DNA from: Eledone cirrhosa
Taxonomy: Eukaryota
Length of the DNA stretch: 64,000 nucleotides
NCBI GenBank assembly: GCA_964016885.1
Contig: OZ024741.1
Span: forward strand, 297,724,001 to 297,788,000
Direction: 5' to 3'
The notes beneath the pieces were generated by a model. The model was not told the origin of the DNA. It saw only the letters and a program-made list of their open reading frames with translations, and did not search any database. The translations under genes and the position numbers were made by a program. Shown here one piece after another: positions 25,662 through 40,400 of this stretch; position 1 is the first letter of the stretch, and every line of letters begins with the position of its first letter.

Positions 25662-27230
25662 AACACCCGCCCATCGCCTTACGGTCGAACAACGCACTAT
25701 CTTCATCTTACAGACCCACACTCCCCCCGGCCTGAACTCCCCACCCTTATTCCTTTAGCGTTCGACCCCCCCCCCACACTTATCCCCCACTAACGCCACT
25801 AACACACCCCTCCTTTTCACCGCCAACCCCACACTAACAATACTAACACCTCCACTCCACCCCTCATCTGACCACCCTTCCCCAACTAACATACTAACAT
25901 CCCTTCCCTCCCTTCTTCTCCTCCTCCCCCCTCCTTATCACACGCACACACGCACCCACTTACACCACCCACCCCACACGCAACTAACATCACTAACACC
26001 CCCAACCCCACGCACACGTACCCACACACCCTCGTACACCACCAACTCTACACACCCTACCACCACTAACCCCCACTCACACCTGCATTCCACCCCTCCC
26101 CACCTCCCGTATACTAACACCCACTAACACCTCTTCACCAAACTACACACACACCAGTACACCACACTCCCTCCATAGAACCACACACACCCTTCTCTCC
26201 CCGCTCCACACTCACTCATCCCACTAACACCCCTACTAATACACACACACACACACACCCTCCTCACTCCAACTCTCACACCTACCCATCCTCGCCTCCC
26301 TACCATTCCGCAGACTGCTGCTATGCCCTTCCGACCATCTCTCAGCACCAACTGACCACAGCACTCCCACTGCTGACCACTTCCTGTTGCGCGCGCACCC
26401 CACATCTCTCCTCTTCCGACCACCGCTTCTTGGATTACCCACACGCGAAATTGACTTCTAACCAAATCTCCAAACATCCGTGGAACTTACCAACTTTTCA
26501 ACCATCCTCTTACACCATCACCTATATAACTCACCCAGACACACACCCCAAACAAATTTTTTTATCCACACGCCACCCACACCCACACCCACAACACGTT
26601 TAAACCACACACACGTGCTTCCCACCACATATTTACACCCTCAGCCTCCTGATTCCTCTCCCCCCCACCCCCTATCCACACACGCACAGACACTCCGACC
26701 CACAAAACCCCCCCACACACACGTTCCTGAACATGCAACCCCGTTCTTCCCCCAACCCTCACTTTCACATACACACACACACACACACACGCACACCTAA
26801 CCACACACACCACCTTCAGCCCTCCCCGCTCGGACACCCCGTCTCCCTCTCCCCACTCCACCCGCCACCACCCCTACTCACCCCACACCCTTCCACCACC
26901 TGTTTACCCCCCTTTTAATTTCAGTTTATTTTGATCATGCCTTTATTTTTAAATTTTCTCATTCCTTGTATTTTGATCATGCTTTATTTTTATTTATTAT
27001 ATTTTTTGTCTTTATTTGTTAATTTTTCATTCGCACCGTTTCCTTTCGCTATATATCTCTCCACCACTCCCCTACACACCTTTTGAACTCTGTTCCCACA
27101 CACTTCTCACCTGAAGAAGGGCTTATGCCCGAAACGTCGTCCCCCACCTATCCCCCACTCTCCTGAGCGTGAATTTAATAAACATTTATTGTACTGCCTC
27201 TCTGTTCTGTCCCTGTTCAATTTTTCATTA
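25662..27230 (+). mobile_element. Penelope-like element 3' fragment (GIY-YIG C-terminus, C/A-rich 3' region, pLTR with hammerhead)
   Basis: Begins HRLTVEQRTIFILQTHTPPGLN, matching the R..E..I..L.T..P.GLN end of PLE endonucleases. CTGAAGA-A-GGGC-ttat-GCCC-GAAACGTC at 27111-27138. (TA)n on both flanks. Confidence 0.7.
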
Positions 27231-27394
27231 TATATATATATATATATATATAAAGCTATCTCTATCTGGCCATCTCTACCTACGTGTGTTTATACCTCTA
27301 TATTTGTTGTTCTCTATATCTATGTGTGTATCGTTATATATTGACTCGTTTTACCCTTTTAGTCATACCTTTCTTGAACTTCTATTTTCCATCT

Positions 27395-27464
<70 letters not shown>

Positions 27465-27510
27465 TCTCTCTCTCTCATCTCTCTCATCTCTCACTCATTC
27501 TCTCTCTCAC

Positions 27511-27547
<37 letters not shown>

Positions 27548-27648
27548 TATGATTCTCTTTTAATCGTTGCCCACTTCTATTCTTTCCTACTTCTCAAAGA
27601 TCCTCAAAGCCACATCCCTTATGACAATACAAGAAGCACAATTAAAGC

Positions 27649-27929
27649 AGCTGCGTGTGGCCTAGTAGCAAGTGTGTTGGACTTACGATCATAACATCGT
27701 GGGTTCGATCCCTGAACTAGGTTGTGCGTTGCATTCTTGAGCAAAGCCCTCTATTTCCCGTTGCTCTAGTATACTCAACTGAAAATGAGTACCAGCAATA
27801 GCTGGGGGTTTAACCTTGCGATGGACTGGCGTCCTGTCTATGGGGTATTCTTGTGCTCAGTCTTTTAACGTTATGGAAACTAGGATAAGCACCAGCCTGA
27901 TAAACCTCCTGGCTCGAGCCAGACTTTAG
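27649..27929 (+). mobile_element. tRNA-derived SINE family B
   Basis: A-box TGGCCTAGTAG, B-box GGTTCGATCC, core CTTGAGCAA..AAATGAGTACC and CTTGCGATGGACTGGCGTCCTGTC. Related copies at 49560-49690 (-), 55159-55284 (-) and 55326-55560 (+). Confidence 0.75.
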
Positions 27930-28122
27930 ATACAGTTAATAGGGATTAGAACGTGGGATAGAATGCTTTGTGATGTTCGTTTCAGCTCCCTGTGCTCTGA
28001 GTTCAAATCCCACCGATAAATAAAGAGCCTTTGGGGTTGATTTTTCCCTCAATGTCTCTTTCTTACTTTCTATCCCTAATTTTTGCTTTCTTTCTCTAGA
28101 ACAAATCGGCTGTGTTCAGACA

Positions 28123-28763
28123 TGTTGTGGCGCGGGACACCACAGACTTAAAATGTGCAAGATATGTTGTATACCATTCGGCGCGCTGCATGGCTTACAG
28201 TTATCTTAGTTGTTGTAGTATCTTAATTGTTAATCTTTTAGATTTAACGAACACATTTTTAGGAGATTAGTATCAGTGTTTATATATAAATTATCAAGAA
28301 TGACAATAAATGCAGGTGTGTGTTGTGACAAGGTTTTACTTCACAGAAGTCAAATAAATTAATATAAATAATTTGTTACCACATGTAGATGTTCAGTTGG
28401 TCACAACTCCCAGACTGGAGGTGTAGAGAAGAACAGAAATCTTCTCTTGGAGGTGTTAGTATTTCTTTAGGCTGCCGGTATTCTTCTTCTTGCTGGCAAA
28501 GGAAGTGAGACAGGAGTCATCTCTTGACAAGGCCTCAGGTGTTCTTGTCGCTTCAAGGTTCAGGGTGCGAGAGAGGCTTATGGCTTGCCAGCCCTCAAAT
28601 ATATAGTCCCCAGGGGGACGCAACTCTATTTAGTACATGAATCTGCCAATGGGAGTCGCGCCTGTCGCAAAGGGACGTAACTCCTATATGTGCTGAGTTA
28701 CGACCGTCGTAAAGAGACGCAACTCCCATACGTGCTGAGTCACAGCCGTAAGGGGCCGCTACA
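28123..28763 (-). mobile_element. 3' LTR of a Gypsy element
   Basis: TG...CA with imperfect inverted ends (TGTAGCGGC/GCCACAACA on minus), immediately after the polypurine tract GGGGGAGGGTAC (28764-28775). Confidence 0.8.
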
Positions 28764-28944
28764 GTACCCTCCCCCAGACCCTAGGCAAAAAGCCCGAAGG
28801 TAACTGTAGCGAACCCACAAGCATGGGCTCCCAGCACAGGCATGAAATGGTAACGAGAAGGTACAATCATGAAATGGTAACGAAAGATACATGGTAATAC
28901 AATAACGAGAAAAACAAAAAAAAAATAAGGCTCCAGTGGCCAGT

Positions 28945-31350
28945 TCACATGAAAACAGTTTGGCAGAGTTTTTTTGGCCAGTAGACTCTCCGACCGGAAC
29001 GGGTCGTAGTCTTGTATGTAGGTGAAGGTGGGGCAGAAGGAGCAGGTGTATGCACAAAAGAGAAAGATTGGGGTATTTGTGGCTCGGGTGTAAGAGCGTC
29101 ATTGTATGCCCTTTTTAGTCTATTCACCGAAATTGTCTCTCTGGACCCCTTAATGTCTACAGTGAAATGTTTGTCAGTACGTGCTAACACACGGTAGGGT
29201 CCAGAGTACGATTATGTGAGGGGTGGAGTAACCGCATCGTTTCTGACGAATACATGTGTCCACGAGGCAATATCCCTCGGGACTGCAGCTTTAACATTCT
29301 GTTTCCTAGCATTCATCGGCGGTAAGTCCTGAAAATAGGAGCGCAAACGAGATACGTAGGAAACAGGGTCCTGGAAAGCAACGCTAGAGGAGCACCATAC
29401 AGTAATTCGGCCGGGGAGAACCCAAGGTCCTCTTTTATTGATGACCGAATTCCTAACAACACAATAAGAAGGTACTCACTCCAACGTTGAGAGTCTGGAT
29501 AGGCGCGAAGAGCGGCCTTTAATTGGCGGTGGAATCGTTCCACCATTCCGTTTGAAGCAGGATGATAGGCTGTGGTCCGAATCCGTTGAGCGCCAATGAT
29601 CTTTGTGAGCTCAGAGAATAGATGAGACTCAAATTGTCTACCACAGTCTGTGGTGACTGTAGTTGGTACCCCAAAGCGGGTAATCCACCCTGATACCAGG
29701 GCACGTGCTACAGTCTCAGCAGTTATATCTTATAAGGGGATGGCTTCAGGCTATCTCGAAAAACGATCGACACAGGTCAAGAGGTACGAATATCCACTGC
29801 TGAATGGCCAAGATCCAACAAGGTCAATGTGTATGTGCTGAAACCGAGCATCTGGAGTACTGAAAGTACCAAGCGGAGTCCGGATGTGTCTGTGGATTTT
29901 AGATCTCTGACACTGTGTGCAGGAACGGCACCAGACAGTAATTTCTCGCCTCATATTGGGCCAGAAAAATCTAGCCGTTATAAGCTTTACTGTGGCAGAA
30001 GTTCCTGGGTGAGAAATGTTGTGCAAAGCAAGGAACGCAATTCGACGGTGAGTCTCAGGAACAAGTGGTCGTGGTGAATCCGTATATACATCACATAGAA
30101 TATGCCTGTCGCTGGTCGACAAGGGCAGATATTTGAAGATGCAAGTCGCAAATTCGGCAGAAAGAGTATCCAACGATTGGAGTGCAGGCTGGTCTGCCGC
30201 TAACGACCTAAGTCGATCTCCCTGGATGACGAGATGGAGCTGATTGGCAAACGTGACAATGCGTCTGCAGCTATGTTATGCGAGCCAGCAATGTGCTGGA
30301 TATCATTTGTAAATTGCGAAACGTAATCCAGGTGCCTTGTCTCTCTGGGCGAATATCTCTCGGTTTTAGCCCTCAAAGCGAAGGTCAGAGGTTTGTGGTC
30401 GGTTAAAACTGTAAAATTTCTCCCCTCAAGAATATGAGAGAAATGTTTCACCGACAGATATATGGCTAATAATTCCCACCCAAACGTGCTGTAACGCGTT
30501 TCTGCTGGTTTCAGCTTCCTCGAGAAAAATGCCAAAGGTTGTTGGTTTCCAGCGTTGAACTGCTGTAAAACTGCTCCCAGAGCGGTATCAGATGCATCAA
30601 CACAAAGCGAAAGCTTGGCCTCTGGTACCGGGTGGGCTAGCAAAGATGAACTAGCGAGTGCTGTCTTGGCAGTCTGGAAGTCTTGAAGCTGTCCTTGTGT
30701 CAAGGAAATATCCTCATTCTCCTTACGACGATTTTTCAAAATGTCAGTAAGGGAAGATAGCAAATTAGCACAATGAGGAACGAAATGCCTATAGAAATTG
30801 ATTAGGCCTAAGAAGTGATGCAACTGGTGAAGTGTAGTAGGCGGAGGTAAATCCTGTATGGCTTGAACTCGCTGAGAGAGCGGCCATAATACCTTCGGCG
30901 TCGATGAGGTGGCCTAAAAAATTTAGCGAAGTGGAACCGAAAACACACTTTGCTGGATTCACACGAACGCGGTAATCATGAAGTCGCCGAAATAAGAGAT
31001 GCATATGGCGCATATGCTCTTCCGGAGAGGAACTAACGACGAGTATATCGTCTATGTAAGCATAGACGAAGTTCAGACCACGAGTGGCTTGGTCTATGAA
31101 AGGAACTGCTGAAAAGAGCTAGCGGCGTTCCTCAGTCCGAAAGGCATGGTCAAAAATTCGAAGGATCCGAAAGGAGTTGTAATCGCCGTTTTCGGAATAT
31201 CCTCCTTCCTGACCGGAATTTGGTGGTAGGCTCGCACTAAATCTAGTTTTGAGAAAACCTTACACCCATGCAACGAAGATGCGAAATCCTGAAGATGGGG
31301 AATGGGATACCTATCCGGGACGGTCATAGCATTTAACCTTCTATAATCCC
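28945..31350 (-). pseudogene. pol: Gypsy/Ty3 pol (RT-RNaseH-integrase), frameshifted and 5'-truncated; CsRn1/Boudicca-like
   Basis: [74 protein letters not shown]. Domain order RT-RH-IN. Confidence 0.92.
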
Positions 31351-31432
31351 AACTGTCATAGTGTAACATATACACACATGCTCTCTTATATATAACATCA
31401 CAAATAGTGTACTGTAGCCCAGTTTATATTAA

Positions 31433-31491
<59 letters not shown>

Positions 31492-31551
31492 TGTGATACA
31501 CTACACTATTTATTGTCATACCACTATTTATAGCCATATATACGGTACCAT

Positions 31552-31613
<62 letters not shown>

Positions 31614-31792
31614 TGACATACACCATGTATATTTATATATACATATATATATATATACTATCATATAGCCCTATGTATATAGCTTGTATACGCCAGCCAG
31701 CATATATATCGTTGTACAGCACTGTATTTACTACTACACTCCACTTTTTGTTTTAATAATATAATGTATAATATCATTTATCATAATATATA

Positions 31793-31908
31793 ATTGTTTC
31801 TACTTTTGGCACAAGGCCAGCAATTATTACAGTGTATTACTGGTACTTTATTTTATCGACCCTGTAAGGATGAAAGGCAAAGTTAACCTCGGCGGGATTT
31901 GAACTCAG
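31793..31908 (-). mobile_element. Partial SINE family A
   Basis: Tail, core and B-box of family A in reverse orientation. Confidence 0.8.
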
Positions 31909-32389
31909 ATATATAATAATGATAATATAATTTTCTTATAATATATAATAATAATAATAATACAATTTTCTCTTTGGTATGGGGTGACAAGACTTTCGGA
32001 CCACCCTGTATAACAATAACTGTAAAGATATTTTGTTTAAGTAGCTTAACATTAATTTTGTAATACCACTTTTTTTTCAGTTCTCAATGATATCGATTAT
32101 TAACAAATATTTTTCAAATTCGGATCTTCTGCTTCATAAGCCGTTAGAATGGTTTCTAGAGTCACCTGTATATTAAAGATACCTGTACACACATACCAAC
32201 CAACATATACCTCTATAAACACACTTATGCAATTATTTACCTAACATCCATTTATATAGGACCTTGTTGGATTATTCTCCCTTGTACCAAATATTCAATA
32301 CAACACATTCTATTGATTTTTCTTTATTATTCTTTATCCCTAACTCTACGCCATTACTATATGCCCTATGCCCTACCTTTAATAACTCT

Positions 32390-32391
<2 letters not shown>

Positions 32392-32430
<39 letters not shown>

Positions 32431-32541
32431 GTATATATATATATGTATATATATATACGTATATATATATATATATACGTTTATATATACGTACGTATAT
32501 ATATATATACGTATATATATACGTATATATATATATACGTA

Positions 32542-32610
<69 letters not shown>

Positions 32611-32979
32611 GTATATATATATATATATATATACGTATATATATATATATACGTATATATATACATACGTATATATATATACATACGTATATATATATAT
32701 ACGTATATATATGTATACGTATATATATATATATATACGTATATATATATACGTATATATATGTATACGTATATATATATATATATACGTATATATATAT
32801 ATACGTATATATATACGTATATATATATATATACGTATATATATATATATACATATATATATACATACGTATATATATATACGTATATATATATATACGT
32901 ATATATATATATATACGTATATATATAAACATATATATATATATACGTATATATATATATACATATATATATATATACG

Positions 32980-33026
<47 letters not shown>

Positions 33027-33027
33027 G

Positions 33028-33061
<34 letters not shown>

Positions 33062-33075
33062 CATATATATATACG

Positions 33076-33173
<98 letters not shown>

Positions 33174-33175
33174 CG

Positions 33176-33246
<71 letters not shown>

Positions 33247-33344
33247 GTATATATATGCATACATATATATATATATATATATATATACGTACATATATAT
33301 ATATATATATGTACACATATATATATATACGTACATATATATAT

Positions 33345-33390
<46 letters not shown>
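32392..33390. repeat. About 1-kb (TA)n array interrupted by TACG/TACA
   Basis: Seen directly. It accounts for all the YI-repeat ORFs here. Confidence 0.97.
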
Positions 33391-33394
<4 letters not shown>

Positions 33395-33663
33395 CGTATA
33401 TATATATGTGTGTGTGTGAGTAAATGTGTATCTGTATGTAACTGTGACTGTTAATTGCCCTAATATAAAAGCAAACAAACCAACACCAAACTACAACTAT
33501 CCAGGAACACTAGAAAATATAATCCATAAAGCTACACTCGACCTAACCCATGGAATACATACCACACTAGACGTAAAGTAGAACCAATCACACCCTTCAG
33601 AACTAAACAGAAAACACTCCCTGTGTAAAAAAATTAGACATACACCATATATATATGTGTGTG

Positions 33664-33728
<65 letters not shown>

Positions 33729-33862
33729 CGAAGGAAATGTGGTAAGGAACCAGGTGGACCATAACGCACCAAGGTACTCAATACTTGAGCTCAGCCGTCC
33801 GGGTCCTACTCGTTCCTATATATATATATATATATATATACTGTATATGCACACATATATAT

Positions 33863-33901
<39 letters not shown>

Positions 33902-34105
33902 GGAAATGGCCTCTGCAGAACCGGAACTGTTTCATTCGTATGAAATCATCAGGAATGCCGGGTGACATAGATGACTTGATACGAATGAAACACCCCTAGT
34001 CCTGTAAAAGCCATTTCTATATTAAATACTGATGTTTGCACTCTACTTGTATTGAGTATCTTTTTAACTGTGGTTACTCCCGATTTCACTTTCACTCGCT
34101 CGGGT

Positions 34106-34174
<69 letters not shown>

Positions 34175-34334
34175 TAACCTATAATATATATATATATATA
34201 TGATATTTTATTACATCAACAATATATTATCTGAATGCACGTGTTTCCCTAGGAGGGTCTAAGAATCTCTCACTTCATTAATTCAGCCGAACTGATGATG
34301 ATGAACTGAGTGCTCTACCTACTTGAAAAAAAAA

Positions 34335-34375
<41 letters not shown>

Positions 34376-34395
34376 CATACACAAACACACATACG

Positions 34396-34448
<53 letters not shown>

Positions 34449-35344
34449 TTGCAGCACAGTTTGGAAAACCAGATTCGGTGAAACTTCGAAGTTATAGTAA
34501 CCTTTTAAAAAATAAATATTTATTTCTACTTCACGTATTGAGTTATTTATTTAGGGGAGTGGTGTTGACAGGTCTGCCAATGTAAGTATATTCGTTTCGT
34601 TCATTTATTTCTTCAGTTCCAGCACTATTCTGAAAATGTTCAGTTTCAACACAACGTCTATAATGAAAGTACAGTATTTCTGGCATTACCAGTAATGCAC
34701 TGGGTAATTGCTGGCCTTGTGCCTAAAGTAGAAACAGGCATTTCTGGCATTTCCTGCTTCTACCGAAGTATTGTGATTCAAATCCAGGATCGTATGGCTT
34801 ATCTCTTAATGCCCTGTACTGTATGATGAAACTACATTTGTAGGACATTTTTGCAAACTACAAAACTGCACTGTGACTGTATCACTCTAATTTTTCACAA
34901 CGATCTATTCCCTAGTAAAGTTACTATAAATATTTGAATTAACAGATTTGAGTTTAGATATCTTCTGCCAAATTACTCTGCTAAGAATTATAATGTGTCA
35001 CCGATACATTACTGTGTCAATGAAGGGAAAATACTCTAATCCTATTGTCTATATACTATAAAATACCTCAGATGACACATACGAAATACATTTACCACCC
35101 GGCACAACATCATAACACAATTCACATATGCATATACTACCCAATCTCCATTCAATAAAATAGTATTGCTCACATTTCACTTATCTAAACATCACAAGCA
35201 ACAAAACAGATCCCACACTATAGCTAAATAGATGTAGCATGCATGTCCAATCGTTCACACCCAAAAAGCAATTTTTTTTTTTTTAAATAAAAAGACAAAC
35301 GAAAGACACAGAACTCCAACGTCATCAGTAGTTTCGACACCTAC

Positions 35345-35398
35345 CAATGGTACTGCTGGTTCTCTCGGGCTCACAGCGATGACAAACAAGCCAGGGCG
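35345..35398 (-). CDS. Candidate 54-nt cassette exon of the minus-strand gene
   Basis: tcttttactcgacggacag| acceptor and TTG|gtaggt donor. Phase 1-1 reading PWLVCHRCEPERTSSTI. Confidence 0.3.
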
Positions 35399-37407
35399 CT
35401 GTCCGTCGAGTAAAAGACAAGACCAAACAATAACTTACAGTTAAGCTATAATAAGCACACATAGAATTTTATGTGGCGACTAGGAGAAGGTGTTATCCTT
35501 TTTATAGCAACAGTAGTCATTGAGAGACGGAAACAAAGGAAGTAAAAAAAAGAATCTCACTCCACGCTCTTATTCCACTCCACCCCCACTTATTAAATTT
35601 TACTAATCCATCTCCGGCGAAATTTTATTTTAAGTGGTAACATTCCTGCGTTAATTAATTTTCTTTATACATTAAAAAAACATTATAGATGACAAAAAGT
35701 ACATTACTAGAAATCTCATACCTTATAAAATAAATAGGATAGGTTGGGGTCTCAATATGTAAACTAAAGGACTAATTCTGGTTGTTGTTTTTTTAAATCA
35801 ACAGAGACAATTTTGCTAATCTGTCCCTGGAGAAATGTTATTTTAAGTGGTAGCATTCCAGCGACAATTAATTTTCTTTATACATTAAAAAACATACATC
35901 ACAAAAAATGTAGATTACTAAAAATATCATGTTCTAACATAAATAGGATGGGTTGAGGTTTCAATATGAAAACTAAACGACTAATTCTGGTTTTAAAAAA
36001 CATCAACGGAGATAACCTAGAAAAAATACCGATTTTTCAACTCCCCCGCTTATTCCCACCCTGCTTATCCCCCCCCCCCCCACGTGCCCCCCCCCCTCTA
36101 TTATTTGGGATCCAAGAGTACATTGTGATGGAGAAATAGGGATTATGTTGTGGGATGTTGCCAGGTAGGTTGTTTTAATTAATATAAATAAATAAAATAA
36201 ACTTGATTGGAACAGCGATGATTAGTCCCCATATCGCCTCTGATTCAATAGATCTAAAATCAAAAACGTTTCAATCACAAAGATCACATTTTTGTCTCCT
36301 GCTTTATTTACTAAATGCTTAATTGTCCAATGTAATCTTAGATATCATCCGTTTGTAAGATGGTAAGGTCAGATGAAAGGAAAAACTTAGCTGTTACTTT
36401 TTGCAAGTTAAACCGCCATACATAAGTACCTTCTGGGGGTCACTAGAGACATGGAAGGTTTAGTTTGAGTTTAGAATCGACGAAAATTTATATAAAGGTT
36501 TCGAATGGTGGTACTTTTGGTAACGGACACGGCTAGGTGAGAAAACTAACAAGTGTGCCAGTGATTATGTTAACGTGAAGTTGACTCTTGCTTCTTCAGT
36601 TCTAAATCTAATTTTGTGTAGTAAATTTACATTTTGCATCAAATATTACATACACTTACAGGGTAAACAATGGTTAAAAAAATTAAAACATTCCTAAAAT
36701 ATTAAAAATAACCATTAAAAAAAAACTTCCCTCAGTCCCAGAGAATATCCAACACTGGTTCACAGCAACTACGCCAAACATCTGTGCAGTTTTAAATAAA
36801 CCCTGCCATCAGCATTTGCGTCAGCAAGCGATTTATTAATTGAATTACCGAGATATGTCTTCTATAATAAGTTGTTTATTCAGTCGATGTATCAATTAAA
36901 TCAAACGGCTAATAATATTTATTTTTAAAAGACGAGAGAGTGTGAAAACATAGTTGAATATTTAGTTGTCATATTTTGATCGTTTTTATTTCTCAAAAGA
37001 TGAACAATTTTCAGCGTGGAAGTAATCAAACAAAATAAAAAAAAAAGAAATAGAAAACAAGAAGAATAAAGGGAGGAGAAGACAAAAACATTCGATTACA
37101 CGCTAGAAAAAGGAGCGCTGGAATCTGTCCCTAATAATGTTTTAGGCAAGCCAACACATTCATGGTATTACCACGGGTGATAGAGGGGCTAAGGCACTGA
37201 AATAGTCAAGCATCCTCGTGAGTATTACCTGACACGTTGATATGGCAAGCTGCCAATAATGACAAATAAATTATATTTTCTCCCCAAACTACCAAAACAC
37301 ACATCTATTTGTATATGCGCTACAATTTATGTACAAGTTATGTAGAGACAGATGGGAGAGATAGATATAGATATAGAGAGGGGGAGAGTTTGGTGGTAGT
37401 TGATATA

Positions 37408-40400
37408 TATTTCTATTTATTTGCCACCAGGGCATCAAAGATTGGGACAAATACAAAGGGGGGAGTTTACATACATTTAAAAAGACGTGTAAAAAAACAT
37501 ATAACAAATTAAATTTAACAATCGATGTCCTCAATAGGGAGGGGCGTTGACATGGGTCGTACACACCCCCGAAAAAATGTGCAACCCTCCTCTTCAGGAG
37601 CACAAAGAGCGGGTGCTTCCTTCCTCTTCTCATTCTTCTCTCTCACCTACAGGCTGATATAGAGAGAAGGCCCATTCACTCGGGCCATTCTCGCCACTTT
37701 CACCCATCTTTCATAAAACTTGCTGGGGTAGAGCACCTCTCTCTCCATTCTGATCCTTCTTCTAAAGTGGTACTTGAAAAAAAGACCAGTTGTTGGCCAG
37801 AGAGAAAGGTGTCTGACCTCAGCCCTTTCAACCTTGTCCACCATACAACTTCTTTCGCCATGGTTATCACACAGAGGAAAACCGACTCTCCTTCGTTTTT
37901 GAAAGAGGGAGGCAGTTTGATCGTGACAATGTTCTCGGTGGTCAACCGGATTGGTCCCACCCGCGACAGTAGTCGTTCCACATAGCCCCACAGGTCAGCA
38001 ACGCCCGGGCAGTATACGAATGCGTGTGCAACGGTTTCCTCGTCACGCACGCATCTCGGACAGATCTTCTTCGAGGGGTCCCTACCCGGGCGCCCGTGTC
38101 TGTAGAGCTTGTCCCGAACGGGTAGAGCTCCTCGGTAACATTGCCAAGCCAGGGACTTTTGGAAGTTGTCCATCGGTCCCGGGCCAAACAGACTGAACAG
38201 ACTGGCCAGCTCGTCTTCCTCCATGCCCAGAGCCTCTCCGAGAGCGTCGTCGCACTTACTGCGCACCAACCCTCTATAGAATGTTGAGGTTGAGTCTCCA
38301 CTGATTGCCGGATCCGCTTGCCAGAGGGCCGTGAGCGCCTGGGTACATTCAATGTGCCAGTCGCCCACTTTTCTCGATCTTTGCTTGACCCAGGATTGCA
38401 GCTCGGTGAGTGAGACGAGTCCCGGAAAGGCTCGCCTCACAAACAGGGCCCACACCGGCTGACCGGTGAAGAATACCTGGAGGTGCCGTAGCCTTAATGC
38501 GTCTCTACGCATCGTCAGCCACGGCAGCCCCAGCCCTCCGTGCGAAGGGTGTTGACAGCAGATGGATCTTCTCACCAAAGGAGCCCGCTTCTTCCAAAGA
38601 AATCGGAAGAGCGCGCGCTCCATTTTAGCGAGTGTTTTCTCTGGGCAAGGCACGACGGTCAAGCGGTAGTAGATGATGGACGCTATATAAGCGTTCGCCA
38701 CCTCCGCTCGACCTTTCAGGGATAGTTTGCACTCGGCCCACTTCTGGGCGAGTGCAAAGACCTTGCCCGTTACCTCGTCCCAGTTTTTCTCCACCTGGAG
38801 GTCCGGTCCGAACCAGACCCCGAGCAGCTTCACCGGTCCCTCCGTCCAGCGTCCGACGATGCCGTCGGAGGGCATCGTTTTGCCCCTCCACGTCCCGAGT
38901 TGCAAACCGACGGACTTGTCCCGGTTCAGCTTGGCTCCTGTGAACCATTCATATTCCTCCAGTAAGGTGCCGATCTGCCCGATTTCCGAGGTGCACGATA
39001 CCATTACTGTCACGTCATCGGCGTAGGCCGACACCGCTTTCCGCAATCCCGGTTCCAAGGGGATGCCCTGCAACAGCTCCAGCTTCCTCAGTAGTGGCTC
39101 GAGAGCCAGCACATAGAGGAGTGAGGAGAGAGGGCATCCCTGTCGAATGGATCGCGTGATTTGGAACGGCTCCGAGAGGTAACCGTTCACCTTGACCCTC
39201 GAGCAGGTGTTGCTGCTGTGCATTGCAGCAATCCAGCCCCTGAAAACGGGTCCGAAGCCTGCCGCCGCGAGCACCGCATCCAGGTACCGATGGTCAACCC
39301 TATCGAACGCCTTAGATTGATCCAAGTTGATCAGGGCCCCACCAAAGCCGGGTTCGTTCCCTACCCTCTCTACGATGTATCGCATGAGGTGGAGGTTGTC
39401 GTGTATGGACCAGGACGGGATTGCGCATGTCTGCGCTTCTCCCACCAGGTTCCCGACGACAAGCGCCAACCTCTTCGCTAACACCTTGGCCAAAATCTTT
39501 AACTCTGTGTTTAACAGAGTTATGGGCTTGAAGTTATCTATGTCATCCCCCTTGTTCTCGTCCTTCCTCACCAGCGTGACTACGCCCTTGGTCACAGAAC
39601 TGGGAATTCTCCCCTTCTGTTGCCAGTTGCAGTAGACCGCCTCGAGGAGACCGGAGAACAAGCCCGGCATCGCTACATAAAGTTCGTATGGTAGACCATC
39701 GAGACCCGGAGATTTGCGTTTGCCGCATTGGCTCAGCGCTTCCCCTATTTCAGCGGCTGAAATCAGCCTCTCGCAGGACTTCGCCTCCCCGTCTGAGAGC
39801 CGCACCAAACTGTCGAGGTATGGACCGAAATCCATGGCCCAACCCGGCCCGCCGCCCCTCCCGAACAGTCGTGCAAAGCGCCGTTGAAAGGCCGCGCTCA
39901 TCCGCTCAGGTTCAAGGGTCACGCGTCCATCCAGGTCCTTCAAAGACCGAATCGTGGACTTGTTTCCACTTTTTGCCTCTGTCACTCGGGCCCAGCTAAC
40001 AGCTTTGGCTCCCTCGTTACCCAGAGCACGTATTTTACTCCTGACAACGCAGCCCTCGTGCTTCGCATCAAAGAACTGGTCTAGGGCCGTTCTTGACGCC
40101 AGCACGCCGGCCACGTTGCCACTCCTAATCGCCTCTTCTACTCTATTTGTTAATTCCCTTTCAGTTCTATTTCTATCTGATGCTAATTCCCGACTAAAAC
40201 CTATCGATTCTATTCTAATTTCTTTTCACCTGTTGAAAGGGTTCTCCCTCGTCGTCACTGGGTGACGTTGATACGGAGTCCTCTTCCGTGTTGTTGGGGA
40301 GGGGTATATTTTAGGGTTTTGTTGTGGCTGCTTTTGTATTTGTTTTAGGTGGGGAGGGGTTGGGTGGAACAGTGTTTTGTGTTGTTATTTTTCCGTGTTG

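Noticed and set aside
32264-33478. Several 160-396 aa ORFs of YI/IY repeats
   Set aside because: These are translations of a (TA)n array that lacks stop codons; not genes.
37767-40265. Multiple + strand ORFs over the GC-rich region
   Set aside because: Antisense shadows of the Tx1 ORF2.
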